From positions 32,001 through 96,000 of the forward strand of contig CAWKHF010000001.1 of the NCBI GenBank assembly GCA_963849325.1: 64,000 nucleotides of DNA. The letters are read 5' to 3'. A program made the position numbers and the translations under genes. The DNA is from an uncultured Planctomycetota bacterium (GTDB lineage Bacteria; Planctomycetota; Planctomycetia; Gemmatales; Gemmataceae). Of this stretch, positions 29,431 through 39,651 are shown in pieces. How positions within the stretch are numbered: position 1 is the first letter of the stretch; every line of letters starts with the position of its first letter. The notes under the pieces are model-generated. The model was not told the DNA's origin. It saw nothing but the letters and a program-made list of their open reading frames with translations, and did not search any database.

Positions 29431-29446
29431 TCCTGTCCTCTCCGCT
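29431..29446 (+). other. Candidate att site (tRNA 3'-end-like fragment)
   Basis: TCCTGTCCTCTCCGCT resembles the T-arm/acceptor 3' end of a tRNA (Ser-like); sits at the island/core junction. Confidence 0.4.
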
Positions 29447-29617
29447 CCCGATAAGCCTCTCCCTGCGCCGCTTGCGAACCAGGTTCGAGCCTGTCCCGTT
29501 GCCTCTCCGCCCTCGACATCGCACAATAGCTTCGGCGCTTTCGATTTTTCGTAATCCCACGCCTTCGCGGCGGGCTTCGGCCGCGATGGGGTCTCTTCTC
29601 TGGCAAAGGCTCGTGCA

Positions 29618-31078
29618 ATGACCGCAGCCCCCGCTGACATCGGCCTGATCGGCCTGGCCGTCATGGGCGAAAACCTGGTGCTGAACATGGAGAGCCACGG
29701 CTTCACGGTAGCCGTGTATAACCGCACCCATTCTCGCGTCGAGAACTTCCTGGCCGGCCGCGCTCGCGGCAAACGCATCCTCGGCTGTCATTCCGTCAAG
29801 GACTTCGTCGCCGCCCTGAAGCGGCCGCGGAAGGTGATGATGATGGTCAAGGCCGGCCCGGCCGTCGATCAGGTCATCGACGAGGTCGCCCCTCTGCTCG
29901 AACCGGGCGACATCTTGATCGACGGCGGCAACACGCACTATCCTGACACTACCCGGCGCACTCGCTCCCTCAAAGAACGCGGCTTGCTGTTCATCGGCAC
30001 CGGCGTCTCCGGCGGCGAGGAGGGAGCACTGCTCGGCCCGTCCATCATGCCGGGAGGCGATCCGGCGGCCTGGCCGCACCTTCGACCGATCTTCCAGGCC
30101 ATCGCCGCCAAGGCGCCCGACGGTTCGCCGTGCTGCGATTGGGTCGGCACCGAGGGGGCCGGCCATTACGTCAAGATGGTCCACAACGGCATCGAGTACG
30201 GCGACATGCAGCTGATTGGCGAGGCGTACCATCTGCTCAACCGCCTGGCCGGCCTGGACGCGGCGGCGCTGCACGACGTCTTCGCCCGCTGGAACAAGGG
30301 CCATCTCGACAGCTATCTCATCGAGATCACCCGCGACATCTTCGGCTACCGCGATCCGGAGAGCGGCAAGCCTCTAGTGGACCTGATTCTCGACGCCGCC
30401 GGCCAGAAGGGGACCGGCAAGTGGATGGTGGCGTCGGCCACCGACCTGGGCATTCCGTTGACGCTCATCACCGAGGCGGTTTTCGCGCGCTGTCTGTCGG
30501 CCCAGAAGGACGAGCGCGTCGCCGCCGCCGAGGTGCTGCACGGACCCGAGCCGCGCCTCGGCGGCGACCGGGAGGCGTTTATCCAGGACGTGGAGATGGC
30601 CCTTTACGCCAGCAAAATCATCTCCTACGCTCAGGGGTTCGCCTTGATGAACGCGATGGCCCGCGACTCCGGCTGGACGATCAACAACGGGGCCGTGGCC
30701 CTGATGTGGCGGGGCGGTTGCATCATCCGCAGTGTCTTTCTCGGCAAGATCAAGGACGCCTTCGACCGCAATCCGAAGCTGACCAATCTGCTGGTCGATC
30801 CCTATTTCGCCGCCGAGGTCGGCCGCGCGCAGCCGGGTTGGCGTCGGGCGGTCGGCGCCGGCATCGCCAACGGCATCCCGCTGCCGGCGATGAGCGCCGC
30901 CCTGTCGTACTTCGACGGCTATCGCAGCGGCCGACTGCCGGCCAATCTGTTGCAGGCTCAGCGCGACTATTTCGGCGCGCACACCTACGAGCGCGTGGAT
31001 CGGCCGCGCGGCCAGTTCTTCCACACCAACTGGACCGGCCGCGGCGGCACCACGGCCTCGACGACCTACAACGTTTGA
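29618..31078 (+). CDS. gnd: NADP-dependent 6-phosphogluconate dehydrogenase
   Basis: IGLIGLAVMGENL, IDGGN, GVSGGEEGA, KMVHNGIEYGDMQ, QAQRDYFGAHTY. Confidence 0.98.
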   Translation: MTAAPADIGLIGLAVMGENLVLNMESHGFTVAVYNRTHSRVENFLAGRARGKRILGCHSVKDFVAALKRPRKVMMMVKAGPAVDQVIDEVAPLLEPGDILIDGGNTHYPDTTRRTRSLKERGLLFIGTGVSGGEEGALLGPSIMPGGDPAAWPHLRPIFQAIAAKAPDGSPCCDWVGTEGAGHYVKMVHNGIEYGDMQLIGEAYHLLNRLAGLDAAALHDVFARWNKGHLDSYLIEITRDIFGYRDPESGKPLVDLILDAAGQKGTGKWMVASATDLGIPLTLITEAVFARCLSAQKDERVAAAEVLHGPEPRLGGDREAFIQDVEMALYASKIISYAQGFALMNAMARDSGWTINNGAVALMWRGGCIIRSVFLGKIKDAFDRNPKLTNLLVDPYFAAEVGRAQPGWRRAVGAGIANGIPLPAMSAALSYFDGYRSGRLPANLLQAQRDYFGAHTYERVDRPRGQFFHTNWTGRGGTTASTTYNV

Positions 31079-31093
31079 GGGAGGACATGAGCG

Positions 31094-31347
31094 ATGATTC
31101 CGAATGAGTTGGCCGAGCAATTGCGCAACGAGGTCAAGTGTCTGAAAGAGGGGCAAGAGAAATTCTTGCAGACCTACAAGCGACTTTGCACCACTTCGGC
31201 GGCCCGGATTGGCGGAATGAGGAGATCGAAATTGTCTTCCATCACGTCCGCAAGGAGATCATCCCGGTCATGGAGCAGGCCGGCATGGATCACAACGCGG
31301 TGCAGGCGCTGTGCTCGTGGGCGGCCAAGCTGGTGATGAGCGAATAG
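31094..31347 (+). CDS. Small hypothetical protein (frameshifted)
   Basis: Two overlapping ORF halves after a GAGGGAGG RBS. Confidence 0.35.
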
Positions 31348-31356
31348 CCGATCGTA

Positions 31357-31411
31357 TCCGAGCCTGAAGCGTAAGCGAAGGGATGCTCTTCGCTTACGCT
31401 TCAGGCTCGGA
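31357..31411. repeat. REP-like palindrome family A
   Basis: TCCGAGCCTGAAGCGTAAGCGAAG...CTTCGCTTACGCTTCAGGCTCGGA; second copy at 53516-53565. Confidence 0.85.
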
Positions 31412-32635
31412 CGAACCTAGCACTTCCGCGGCCAGTCGCGCTACCTCGTCCGGCAGCGGCATGTTGCGGAAGCGATGAATCTCGGCCGGCAGTCCTTCCA
31501 GTTCCGCCTCCTCGATGTGCAGCTGATCGGACACCGCCAGCAAGAACGGCTCGCGGACGTGCTGCCGCAGACGGGCCAGGTGTTGTTCGGCGCTGGAGCG
31601 CCGCCAGAAGCCGAGCACCTCGAACAGGACGTGCCGTTCCGTCGCCCGATGGACAAGCCGGAAGTCCGGCACCCAGAAACCGGCGCCGCCGAGCGGATAA
31701 ACCTCGGTCTCCTCCCGAATGTCCCAGTCCGCGATGCGCTTGCGGAACAACTCGACGAACAACCCTAACTCCGGCGGAACATAGGTGCCGGCGTCGGCGT
31801 AGTGCGACACCAGCCCGTCCGCCGGCGTCACGGTAAACACCTTGGGCTTGCGTTGCGGTCCCCAGCGCAGCTCGGCGCGCACCTCGAAGTCGCGGCACAG
31901 CAACACGGCGGGCAAAAAAAAGGCCAGTTGCAGGCCGTACTTCTGGGTCGCCGAGAAGAGGCTGAGCGGCCCGTCCAGGTGCAGCCGCCAGCTGGCGTCG
32001 CCGACCCGCTCCATCTCGCAGAGTAGCCGATGGAATTTGACGCGGCGCAGCAGTTGGCGGTAGCGCTGCGGCGGCTCGTTGCGGATGGTGACGTGCAGGC
32101 GCGTGCAGCGGTACAGCACCGCCTGAGCCAGCGCCACGTTGTAGCGCTGCAGCAGACGCTCGGCGCTGATGTCCTTGAAATGGACCAAACGCTGCTCGCT
32201 CTTGAGGTCGGCGAAGAGTCCCTGATCGACCGCCTCGGGCGTCAGGGTCAGCTCGTTCGCCGCCTCGCGCAGCACGGCGTCGCGGTCGAACGGCGCCAGT
32301 GCGGCGTCTCCGCTAGCGGCAGTTTGTCGCTGCCGCGCCGCCGCCCGAAACACGGCGGCGCGGATCGCCTCGGGCGGATGGCCGGACACCACCTCGAACT
32401 CACAGCGGTCCTCGATCAGTTTCGCCAATCCCTGATGAACAAGCTGGCTGGGATCGTCGCCCAGCAGTTCCTCCTGATCCTCCTCCAACTCGCCGCGCGT
32501 TCGCCCTTCCTGACCACGAAACAGGGCCAGCAGGCGCTCGGCCGTCTCGCCCCAGCCGGGGTCGTTCGCGTCGAGGTAGCGGGGAATGATCCGATCGCGA
32601 GCGTAACGGACGGATACCATTTTGCCGGTGAGCAT
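31394..32635 (-). CDS. DUF790 family endonuclease (Bax1-like partner of XPB helicase)
   Basis: GLFADLKSEQ, RYNVALAQAVL, DGPLSLFSATQKYGLQLA, WVPDF...EVLGFW. Confidence 0.88.
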   Translation of the reverse strand: MLTGKMVSVRYARDRIIPRYLDANDPGWGETAERLLALFRGQEGRTRGELEEDQEELLGDDPSQLVHQGLAKLIEDRCEFEVVSGHPPEAIRAAVFRAAARQRQTAASGDAALAPFDRDAVLREAANELTLTPEAVDQGLFADLKSEQRLVHFKDISAERLLQRYNVALAQAVLYRCTRLHVTIRNEPPQRYRQLLRRVKFHRLLCEMERVGDASWRLHLDGPLSLFSATQKYGLQLAFFLPAVLLCRDFEVRAELRWGPQRKPKVFTVTPADGLVSHYADAGTYVPPELGLFVELFRKRIADWDIREETEVYPLGGAGFWVPDFRLVHRATERHVLFEVLGFWRRSSAEQHLARLRQHVREPFLLAVSDQLHIEEAELEGLPAEIHRFRNMPLPDEVARLAAEVLGSSEPEA

Positions 32636-32647
32636 GACGGGTTTTTC

Positions 32648-32971
32648 TCATTCATCCGGTTCGAGACCGCTTCCCGAGAAGAGGGTAAATTGTAGGACAA
32701 AAACAATTCGCCTCGCGGTATCGACCGCATAGGCAACATACAAAGGCATGCAAGCACGCTGGTAAACCTGCAAACCAAGATGGCTCAGGTGGTAGCAAGG
32801 ATCTCCCCAGACCAACGGATTCGTCGTTCGTTCGTGATGGATGATCTTCAGCACAGCGAGATATTCTGACTTCCTGCCCAGAGCGGCAGCCCGCTCCGCC
32901 CAGGACTTCAGTTGCTTGTGCTGCGCTGCCCTGAGAACAACCTGATAAGAGGCGTCAGAGTTACTTGCCAT
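32648..32971 (-). CDS. RelE/ParE-like toxin (putative)
   Basis: About 107 aa; NPLVWGDP...PLYVAYAVDTARRIVFVLQF; overlaps the upstream small acidic ORF. Confidence 0.55.
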   Translation of the reverse strand: MASNSDASYQVVLRAAQHKQLKSWAERAAALGRKSEYLAVLKIIHHERTTNPLVWGDPCYHLSHLGLQVYQRACMPLYVAYAVDTARRIVFVLQFTLFSGSGLEPDE

Positions 32972-33230
32972 CGGGCATTCCTCGCGTGTCCAGATCGCGC
33001 TCTAATTCGGCGATGAATTCGCCCAAGTCGATTCCATTTTCATCCATATCAGCGATCCGTTCCGCCCAAAACATCTCAAGGTGTTGTAAACACCGATCGC
33101 GCTCGGCTGTGATGGTGGCCTTGTCGCGCACGGCAGTCTCAAGTGCTTGCCGCAGTTCGGACACTTCGGCACGAAGGCGACTCACTTCGCTCCGCAACTG
33201 ATCCGCACTGAAATCGACTAATTCCGACAT
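32961..33230 (-). CDS. Putative antitoxin (small coiled-coil protein)
   Basis: 89 aa, acidic and helical, AAGGAG RBS, overlaps the toxin start. Confidence 0.5.
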   Translation of the reverse strand: MSELVDFSADQLRSEVSRLRAEVSELRQALETAVRDKATITAERDRCLQHLEMFWAERIADMDENGIDLGEFIAELERDLDTRGMPDGK

Positions 33231-33253
33231 GATACGTCTCCTTCGGGATGAAG

Positions 33254-34630
33254 TTATCGGTAAGCATGATGCTGCCTCCGCCGATCACTGGTGAACTCTT
33301 CGGCGGTGCCGCGCGTCACCACCTCGTAGAGCAGCGCCTGCTTGTCGCCATACTTTCGCAGCAGCCGGCCCAGACGCTGAACGTGCTCGCGGACGGTGCC
33401 GCTGCCGGACAGAATGATGCCGATGTTGGCGGCCGGCACATCGACGCCCTCGTTGAGGACGCGGCTGGTGACAACCGTATTGTACTCTCCCGACTGAAAA
33501 CCCTGCAGGATGTGTCGGCGTTCCTTGACCTTGGTCTGGTGCGTGATGGCCGGCACCAGGTAGCGGCGCGCGATCTGATAGACCGTGGCATTGTCATAGG
33601 TGAAGATGAGCACGCGATCCTGGCGATGGCGGTCCAGCAGCTTGTGCAGGACGTGCAGCTTGGCCGGCGCCGCCAGGGCCAGGCGACGCTGCTCGCGGTA
33701 CGCCTCGAAGGCGGCCCGCCCCTCGCGCGAGCGACACGTCTCCTGGATGAAGCGCTGCCAGCCGTTGGCGCCGCCCAGGCTGATGCCGTGGTCGGTGCAG
33801 AACTGCCGATACTGCTCGCGCGCCTGCCGATAGCGCTGCTCCTCCTCCGGCGACAGCTCGACGTACAGGCGCTCGGCGCGATACTCGGCGAGAAAATCGC
33901 CGGCCAACTCCTTGATCTCGCGGCGGTAAACGATCGGCCCGATCAGCCCTTCGAGAAGGAACTCCTGTCCGTCCTGTCGCTCCGGCGTGGCGGTCAGACC
34001 CAGGCGGAACGGCGCCAGACTGCCGCGCGCGGCCTCCAGGTACGACGGACCGGGCAGATGATGACACTCATCGAAGACGAGCAGGCCGAAACGGCTGCCC
34101 CAACGGTCGAGGTGGATGTGGGCCGAGTCGTAGGTCGTAACTGTCAGTGGTTGGATTTCGTAGTGGCCGCCGCCGATGAGTCCGACCGGCGTGTCGAAGG
34201 CGACGAGCAACTCGCCGTACCACTGGTTGAGCAAGTCGATGGTCGGCGTGATGATCAGCGCCGGTCGGGCCGCCTTGTGGATGGCGAGGACGGCCAGGTG
34301 CGTCTTGCCGGTGCCGGTTGGCAGCACGACGACGCCTCGACCGCCGGCGCCCCACCAGGCTTGCAGTGCCTCGGTCTGGTGGGGAAAGGGATCACGGCTG
34401 GTGCGCAGCGGCCACGGCGTCGGTTGGTAGGCGCGCGCATGGTCCTCGTAGGCGATGCGCTCGCGGCGCAGGTGCTCAACAAGGGGGCGATAGTACACGG
34501 CCTCGGTGCGGTAGACGCCGGAGCGCGGATCTTGCCGGCAGTACGGCATCGCCGCGAGGCGCTCCTCCGGCAATCCCGTGACGACCAGGGTTCCGCCCTC
34601 GAAGGCGAGGTGAAGGGAGTGTTCGCTCAT
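33254..34630 (-). CDS. XPB/Rad25-like superfamily II helicase
   Basis: VLPTGTGKT, VFDECHH, LGLTATPER, VLNEGVDVP, HVQRLGRLLR. Confidence 0.92.
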   Translation of the reverse strand: MSEHSLHLAFEGGTLVVTGLPEERLAAMPYCRQDPRSGVYRTEAVYYRPLVEHLRRERIAYEDHARAYQPTPWPLRTSRDPFPHQTEALQAWWGAGGRGVVVLPTGTGKTHLAVLAIHKAARPALIITPTIDLLNQWYGELLVAFDTPVGLIGGGHYEIQPLTVTTYDSAHIHLDRWGSRFGLLVFDECHHLPGPSYLEAARGSLAPFRLGLTATPERQDGQEFLLEGLIGPIVYRREIKELAGDFLAEYRAERLYVELSPEEEQRYRQAREQYRQFCTDHGISLGGANGWQRFIQETCRSREGRAAFEAYREQRRLALAAPAKLHVLHKLLDRHRQDRVLIFTYDNATVYQIARRYLVPAITHQTKVKERRHILQGFQSGEYNTVVTSRVLNEGVDVPAANIGIILSGSGTVREHVQRLGRLLRKYGDKQALLYEVVTRGTAEEFTSDRRRQHHAYR

Positions 34631-34905
34631 GGTGGTGGATTGTAGGCGGCGACCGGAGCCGCCCGCAAGGGGGTGGTTCGCAGTTGACCTTTCGACCGTA
34701 CAGCTCGTAGAATAGTGCGTATGTACAGCGATTGACAAATAATGCCGTTGTAAGTTACACTTTACTCCTTTTTTGACAATCAATAGTCATAGAACGGCGC
34801 CCTAGTCAGGGTGGAGAACTTGTGTTCTGAGTCGGAATAGCAAGCACCTGTCTTGCTCCTAGGGAATCGAGGAGGAGGGCCACGATTTTTCGCGGTAGGC
34901 GTGGA

Positions 34906-35094
34906 ATGGCATCGACGCTAGGAGGGGACGATCCTTCCCATGACTTCTCTCCAGAGGATAAAGACAAGGAGGAAAAGCGTCTGAGAGAGCAGGCGAGGAA
35001 ACTGGTCGGAACGGATAAGAGCAAAGAACGGAATAAGAAGCTGAACAGGGCGAACGAAATCTCACGTCAGAAGTCGAAAAAGGCACACCAGTAA
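34906..35094 (+). CDS. Small charged hypothetical protein
   Basis: 62-aa ORF directly upstream of the next ORF in an A/T-richer patch. Confidence 0.35.
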   Translation: MASTLGGDDPSHDFSPEDKDKEEKRLREQARKLVGTDKSKERNKKLNRANEISRQKSKKAHQ

Positions 35095-35107
35095 GGGAGA
35101 TCGGGTG

Positions 35108-35920
35108 ATGGCGGCTCCCACGATTCATGTTCGAGCAAAGCCTGCTGACGAAGAACGATACCGAGAGTTGTTGAAATCAGACTGGTCGAAAAACACGGTC
35201 GAAACGACGCTCGCGCTGCTTTGGTCGTTAATTGCGTCTGCCGCTACCCCAGCAAAAGCCGCCTGGCAGAGAGTGCTTGAGTTCGATGAGCAACGTGTAA
35301 CTTCGGCGAGAGCCCTCGACCAGACGATACTCGCCCCCATTAGGCAATATGCTCCTTTCTTCTACAGGAAGCCATTGCCGAGAATGCCATCTGCATTTTC
35401 CGCGAAAAGGACCAATTCAGTGGCAATAGCGGAAAAAACCTGGACTTTCCTCGTAATCCAGATGCTCGCCTCTTTGAAAGGAGATACGGGGATTTTCTGT
35501 GACTCTCAGAGTCTTTTATTTCTCTGCGCCATCGACAGTCTTCTACCGCAACTCAAGAGTCAGAATTTGATGCCGGAACACGACTGTCTCGTCAACGCCA
35601 TGTATCAACATGCCGTCTTCGTCTGGAGGGACCATCCGTCCCACATGTACTACCTACTAAGCGTCCTCATGGATTATTTGGGAGATTCAAGCAAGAAATT
35701 TGAACTGTTGCACCGTTCGTTCAGCCTAACGCCGAAAGAAGATCATTCCTATCTTACAAAGGCCCAGGCGTTATGGTCTGACTTGCTCGATCATCAGCAT
35801 TATCGGTCGGCCATGCAGTTCATACTCTCTGTCGCCAGGGAAGGTCCGCGGGATAACGTCTCCGAGTTGGCGCAGATGCTAATGGAGACCGCGCGTGTAC
35901 AGAGGGGAAATGGGAAGTGA
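35108..35920 (+). CDS. Hypothetical helical (TPR-like) protein in an A/T-richer patch
   Basis: About 270-aa ORF; YYLLSVLMDYLGD...LHRSFSLTP TPR-like helix pair. Confidence 0.55.
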   Translation: MAAPTIHVRAKPADEERYRELLKSDWSKNTVETTLALLWSLIASAATPAKAAWQRVLEFDEQRVTSARALDQTILAPIRQYAPFFYRKPLPRMPSAFSAKRTNSVAIAEKTWTFLVIQMLASLKGDTGIFCDSQSLLFLCAIDSLLPQLKSQNLMPEHDCLVNAMYQHAVFVWRDHPSHMYYLLSVLMDYLGDSSKKFELLHRSFSLTPKEDHSYLTKAQALWSDLLDHQHYRSAMQFILSVAREGPRDNVSELAQMLMETARVQRGNGK

Positions 35921-35954
35921 AGTTGGATCATTCTCGAACGCTTAACGAGCAAAC

Positions 35955-38900
35955 CTAGGGAAGCCCGTTGAGACGGGCGTGCAGACGAGGCGACGCCTCT
36001 CCACGCCATCCGCGCACCGGTGAGGGGTCCGACTGGACCTCGCGGGTCAGATAGCGCTGGAGATAGGCGAGGTGCGACTGGTCGCGCGGATAGCGCTGCT
36101 CCGGTCCGTAAGGGTAACGGCGCATGGCCCGGAAGGGCAGAGGCTCGACGGAAGCGCCGTGGGCTGTGGACAGGGCAGTGTCCTTGCAGTAGCCCGCCGT
36201 CCGTAGGACGAAACTGCGCCGCCAGTCCGCCGGCAAGGACGGCAATCGGCCGGCGTCAAACCGCACCGTCAGATCATCGCCAGGCCCAAACACAACGAAG
36301 CGATCATCGCGCCGGCGCAGCAACTCCGTCACGTCGCCGAAGCGCGTCAGTTGCCCCGACTGGCGCACCAGCGGCACATCCTCATGGCGGTCGTAATCGT
36401 ACAGGACTGGCGCCCGGCCATCCGGCGAATGCGATGCGACGACGCGGCCGGATGTCAGGTTCGCCTCGTGAACGTCCAGGCAGACCGCGCGGCCCGCCGG
36501 GGGTGTCGGCCCCTGGAGCGACCGTCCGGCAATCCGCGGCCACGAAAATCTGGTCCCAGTAAATGCGCATGTTCGTCTGTAGACGCAGACGACAGCGCGG
36601 GCCAGTTAGCTGGCCGGTGACGTCGAGCATCGTCATGCGCGGCAGTCCCGCCGGGAAACCCGCCTCGCCCAGCGCGTGCCAGCGGCCCGAATCGTCCTGT
36701 CGCTCCAGGACCGGCCATTGCTCGCCGACGCCGGCCTGACGCGCCGCCCAGCTCGATTCGGGGAACGGATATTCGGTCCAGCCGGCCAGGCACAGGTACA
36801 AGCGCTCGTCCGCCCGCAACGAGGACATTCGATCGCCGAAGTCCAGCTCGACGCCGTGCTCCTCGGCGAAGCCGACCCAGGCGCGCGTGGCTAAATCCGT
36901 AACTGCGTCGCGGTCCCAGTGACGCAGCGTCGCCGTCACGTCGCGGCCACGGTGATCGCGGACGTGGACGGGGTGGACCTCCCGACGGAAGGCGATGAGT
37001 TGCTGGCTGGGCGGCGGCCCGGACGTCACGAAACGCTCGTCGGGATAGACGCGCACGCCCGGCGGCTCATCGAGGACCACCAGTTGCAGGCGGTCGAGGT
37101 AGGTCGTCTCGTCCATCGGCTCGGTGATTTTGAGGACGTACTGACCATCGCGTGTCACCAACTGCCCCGACTCGATCTTGATGGATTCCTCCGGGCGCGG
37201 CGGGCGGCACGTCCCGTCCGGCCCGGTTTCACCGATCGAGCCGGCGCCGAGGAAGTCGTTGATGAAGGTGAAGCGCCGGCCGTCCCAGGCGAACAGGATG
37301 GGACAGGAACCGGGCATGCGATTGCGCTGGAGGATCGGGTGCAAGCGGCCGGCACTCAGTTCCACATCGGAATGCGCAAATGGCTCCGCCTGCAAGGTGC
37401 CGTCCGGCCAGCGCAGACGGAGAACGTCGATGCGAGGATGGCGGCCGATGCCGAACAGCAGTGGTTGCCGCGATTGTGCCGGGCCGGCGCTGAACGTGGT
37501 GTTCTCCTGGCCTGCCCACAGTTCGCCGGCCAGGGCGACGACCCGGGCGCCGACACCGTCGGCGTTGCAGCGCAGCTCATTCTGTCCATCCTTGGCGTTG
37601 CGGCCTTGCAGCCGCACCTGCACGCCGCGATTGCCGTTGCCGCGATTGTCGTAGCGCTGCAATCCCTGGCCCTCGGACCAGACGAACAGGTGAGGAACAC
37701 CATCGCCGTCGCCGGCGCAGACCGTCAGGGCGATGAGATCGCGGGGCCAGTCGGCGTCACGACCGAGCGCTTCGGGCCGAACGACCAGGCGTCCTGCCGC
37801 GTTGTGCAGCAGGACCGGCAAACCGTCCCGGCTCAGACCAACCACGTCCGTCCAGCTATCCAGGTCCAGATCGACGGCCACGGCCTGGCGGAGCGGCGGC
37901 GCGTTGGTCGCCGCCGACTCGAACCACTCACCCACGGATTCCCGGCTCGGCGCGGCGCGATTGTGGAGCAGCCGCGGCCGCTCGGCGGAGGAAAGCAACA
38001 GCAGATCGGATCGTCCGTCGTGATCGACGTCGATTACCAGTGCTCCGTTCCAGCCGGCGGCGGGAGTGAGCTTCTCCGGCAGAGCTTGCCGACGGAATTG
38101 CAGCAAGCGGTCGTTCATGACCACGGCCGGCACGCCTCGGTCTTGCAAAAGGAGATAATCGAGATCGCGATCGCCATCCATGTCGCTGGCTGTCAGTCCC
38201 ACCAGGGAGGCGGACGGACCTTGGAGCGGCGGGAGCGAAGTCTTCTGGAACCGGCACTCCAGCGGCGACACTTTCTGCTCTGGAGAGTTGACCGGCGGCG
38301 CCGCACCCGTGTTCAGGTACACGACCAATCCGCCCGACGGTTCGGCTTTCGTCGCATCCTGGAGGAGCTTGACGGACTCTTTCGCATCGCGGGCGAACTC
38401 ACATAGCAGCAGATCGAGGTCGCTGTCCTGGTCCAGATCGACGAAGGCGGCGCCGAGGCAGACCGACGAGACCTTGTCAAGCGTCGCCCGAGCGGTCACG
38501 TCCTCGAACTTACCTCGGCCGGTGTTGCGAAATAGTTTCTGGACGCCGACGCCGGTCAGGAGCAGGTCGGGCCATTCGTCGTTGTCGAAATCGCCGACGC
38601 AACAGCCGAGCGTCGGCCGTGCCTCCGCCAATCCCGCCTCGGCCGTCACGTCGGTAAAGCCGCCGTCGCCATCGTTATGCAGCAGCAAATCATGCACATG
38701 TCCCTTCTCGAACACGGCGCCGGCCAGGAACAGGTCGGGCTTGCCGTCGCCATCGTAATCGAGGACGGCCAGGGCGGCGCCGAAGCGGGAACGCATCAAT
38801 CGCCGTACTTGACCAACCGCGTCCTCACCCAGGTCCGCCGCCGTCGCCCAGCGCGAACCGGCGGCGAGCTGTACTCTCAGCGACTCGCGGCGCTGGAACA

Positions 38901-39651
38901 GGGGGAGCGGGCCGGTGCGCGCGGAAGCCAGCGGGTCGCCACTGCGACCGACGACTTCGGCATATGGCCCCATCTGGCTGTACTTGAGGTCGGAGACGTT
39001 CTGCCAGTGCGCCTGCGTCAGCGCCTCGTTTTCCTCCATCAGCTTGTTCGCGGCCTTGGGGTCTTTGCGGCGTAAATTCAGGAACAGCCCGTAGAGGGCG
39101 CCGCTCAGGTGCCGGTTCCGTTGCAGCGCCTTTTGGAAGCATTCCGTCTGTTCGTCGCCGCCCGGCGTCTTCAGCGTGCCGAGCCAGTACCAGGAATAGG
39201 CGTCGTCGGGGTCGCGGCGAAGGACCGCTTCAAAATGCTTGACGGCTTCTTGCCCGTCCTTCTGGTACATCAGGAGCAGGCCCAGGCAGAAATGCGCGTG
39301 CGGATTGTCCGGATCGCGTCGCAGCACTTCGTCGAAAGCGGTCTGGCAACGCGGGGCGAGTTCGGCGCGCGTGCTGCTGGCGTTGAGCAGGGCGATGCCG
39401 AGGTTGATGCGACCGGGCAGCCAGTCGGGGGCCAGATGCACGACCTGCTCGAACGGGGGGATGGCCTCTTCGTAGGCGTATCCTTCCAGGACGGCGATCG
39501 CGTGATTGTTGGCCTCGTAGACGGACTCCCAGTCCACGGAGCGACGCAGCCACCACCACACGCCGACGCCGACGGCAGCCAGAAGAATGACGGCAAGAGC
39601 ACTCCCCAATATCCACGAAAATAGTCGATTCGGAAGGTTTTCCGGACTCAT
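35955..39651 (-). CDS. TPR + FG-GAP (CRTAC1) + ASPIC/UnbV protein, frameshift near 36380
   Basis: N-terminal TM, TPR repeats, DYDGDGKPDL/DFDNDEWPDL/DVDHDGRSDL repeats, LRLRWPDG, SCPILFAWDG, GYCKD. Confidence 0.9.

Larger units (their letters stand above)
1..29446. mobile_element. Right arm of an integrative element / genomic island (left end outside the window)
   Basis: ICE-type helicase; cargo of injection-system, AbiE and Cas genes; small HTH gene and tRNA-3'-like sequence at 29431-29446; housekeeping gnd follows at once. Confidence 0.65.

Noticed and set aside
29431-29511. Complete tRNA gene
   Set aside because: Only 3'-end-like fragments; I could not fold a full cloverleaf
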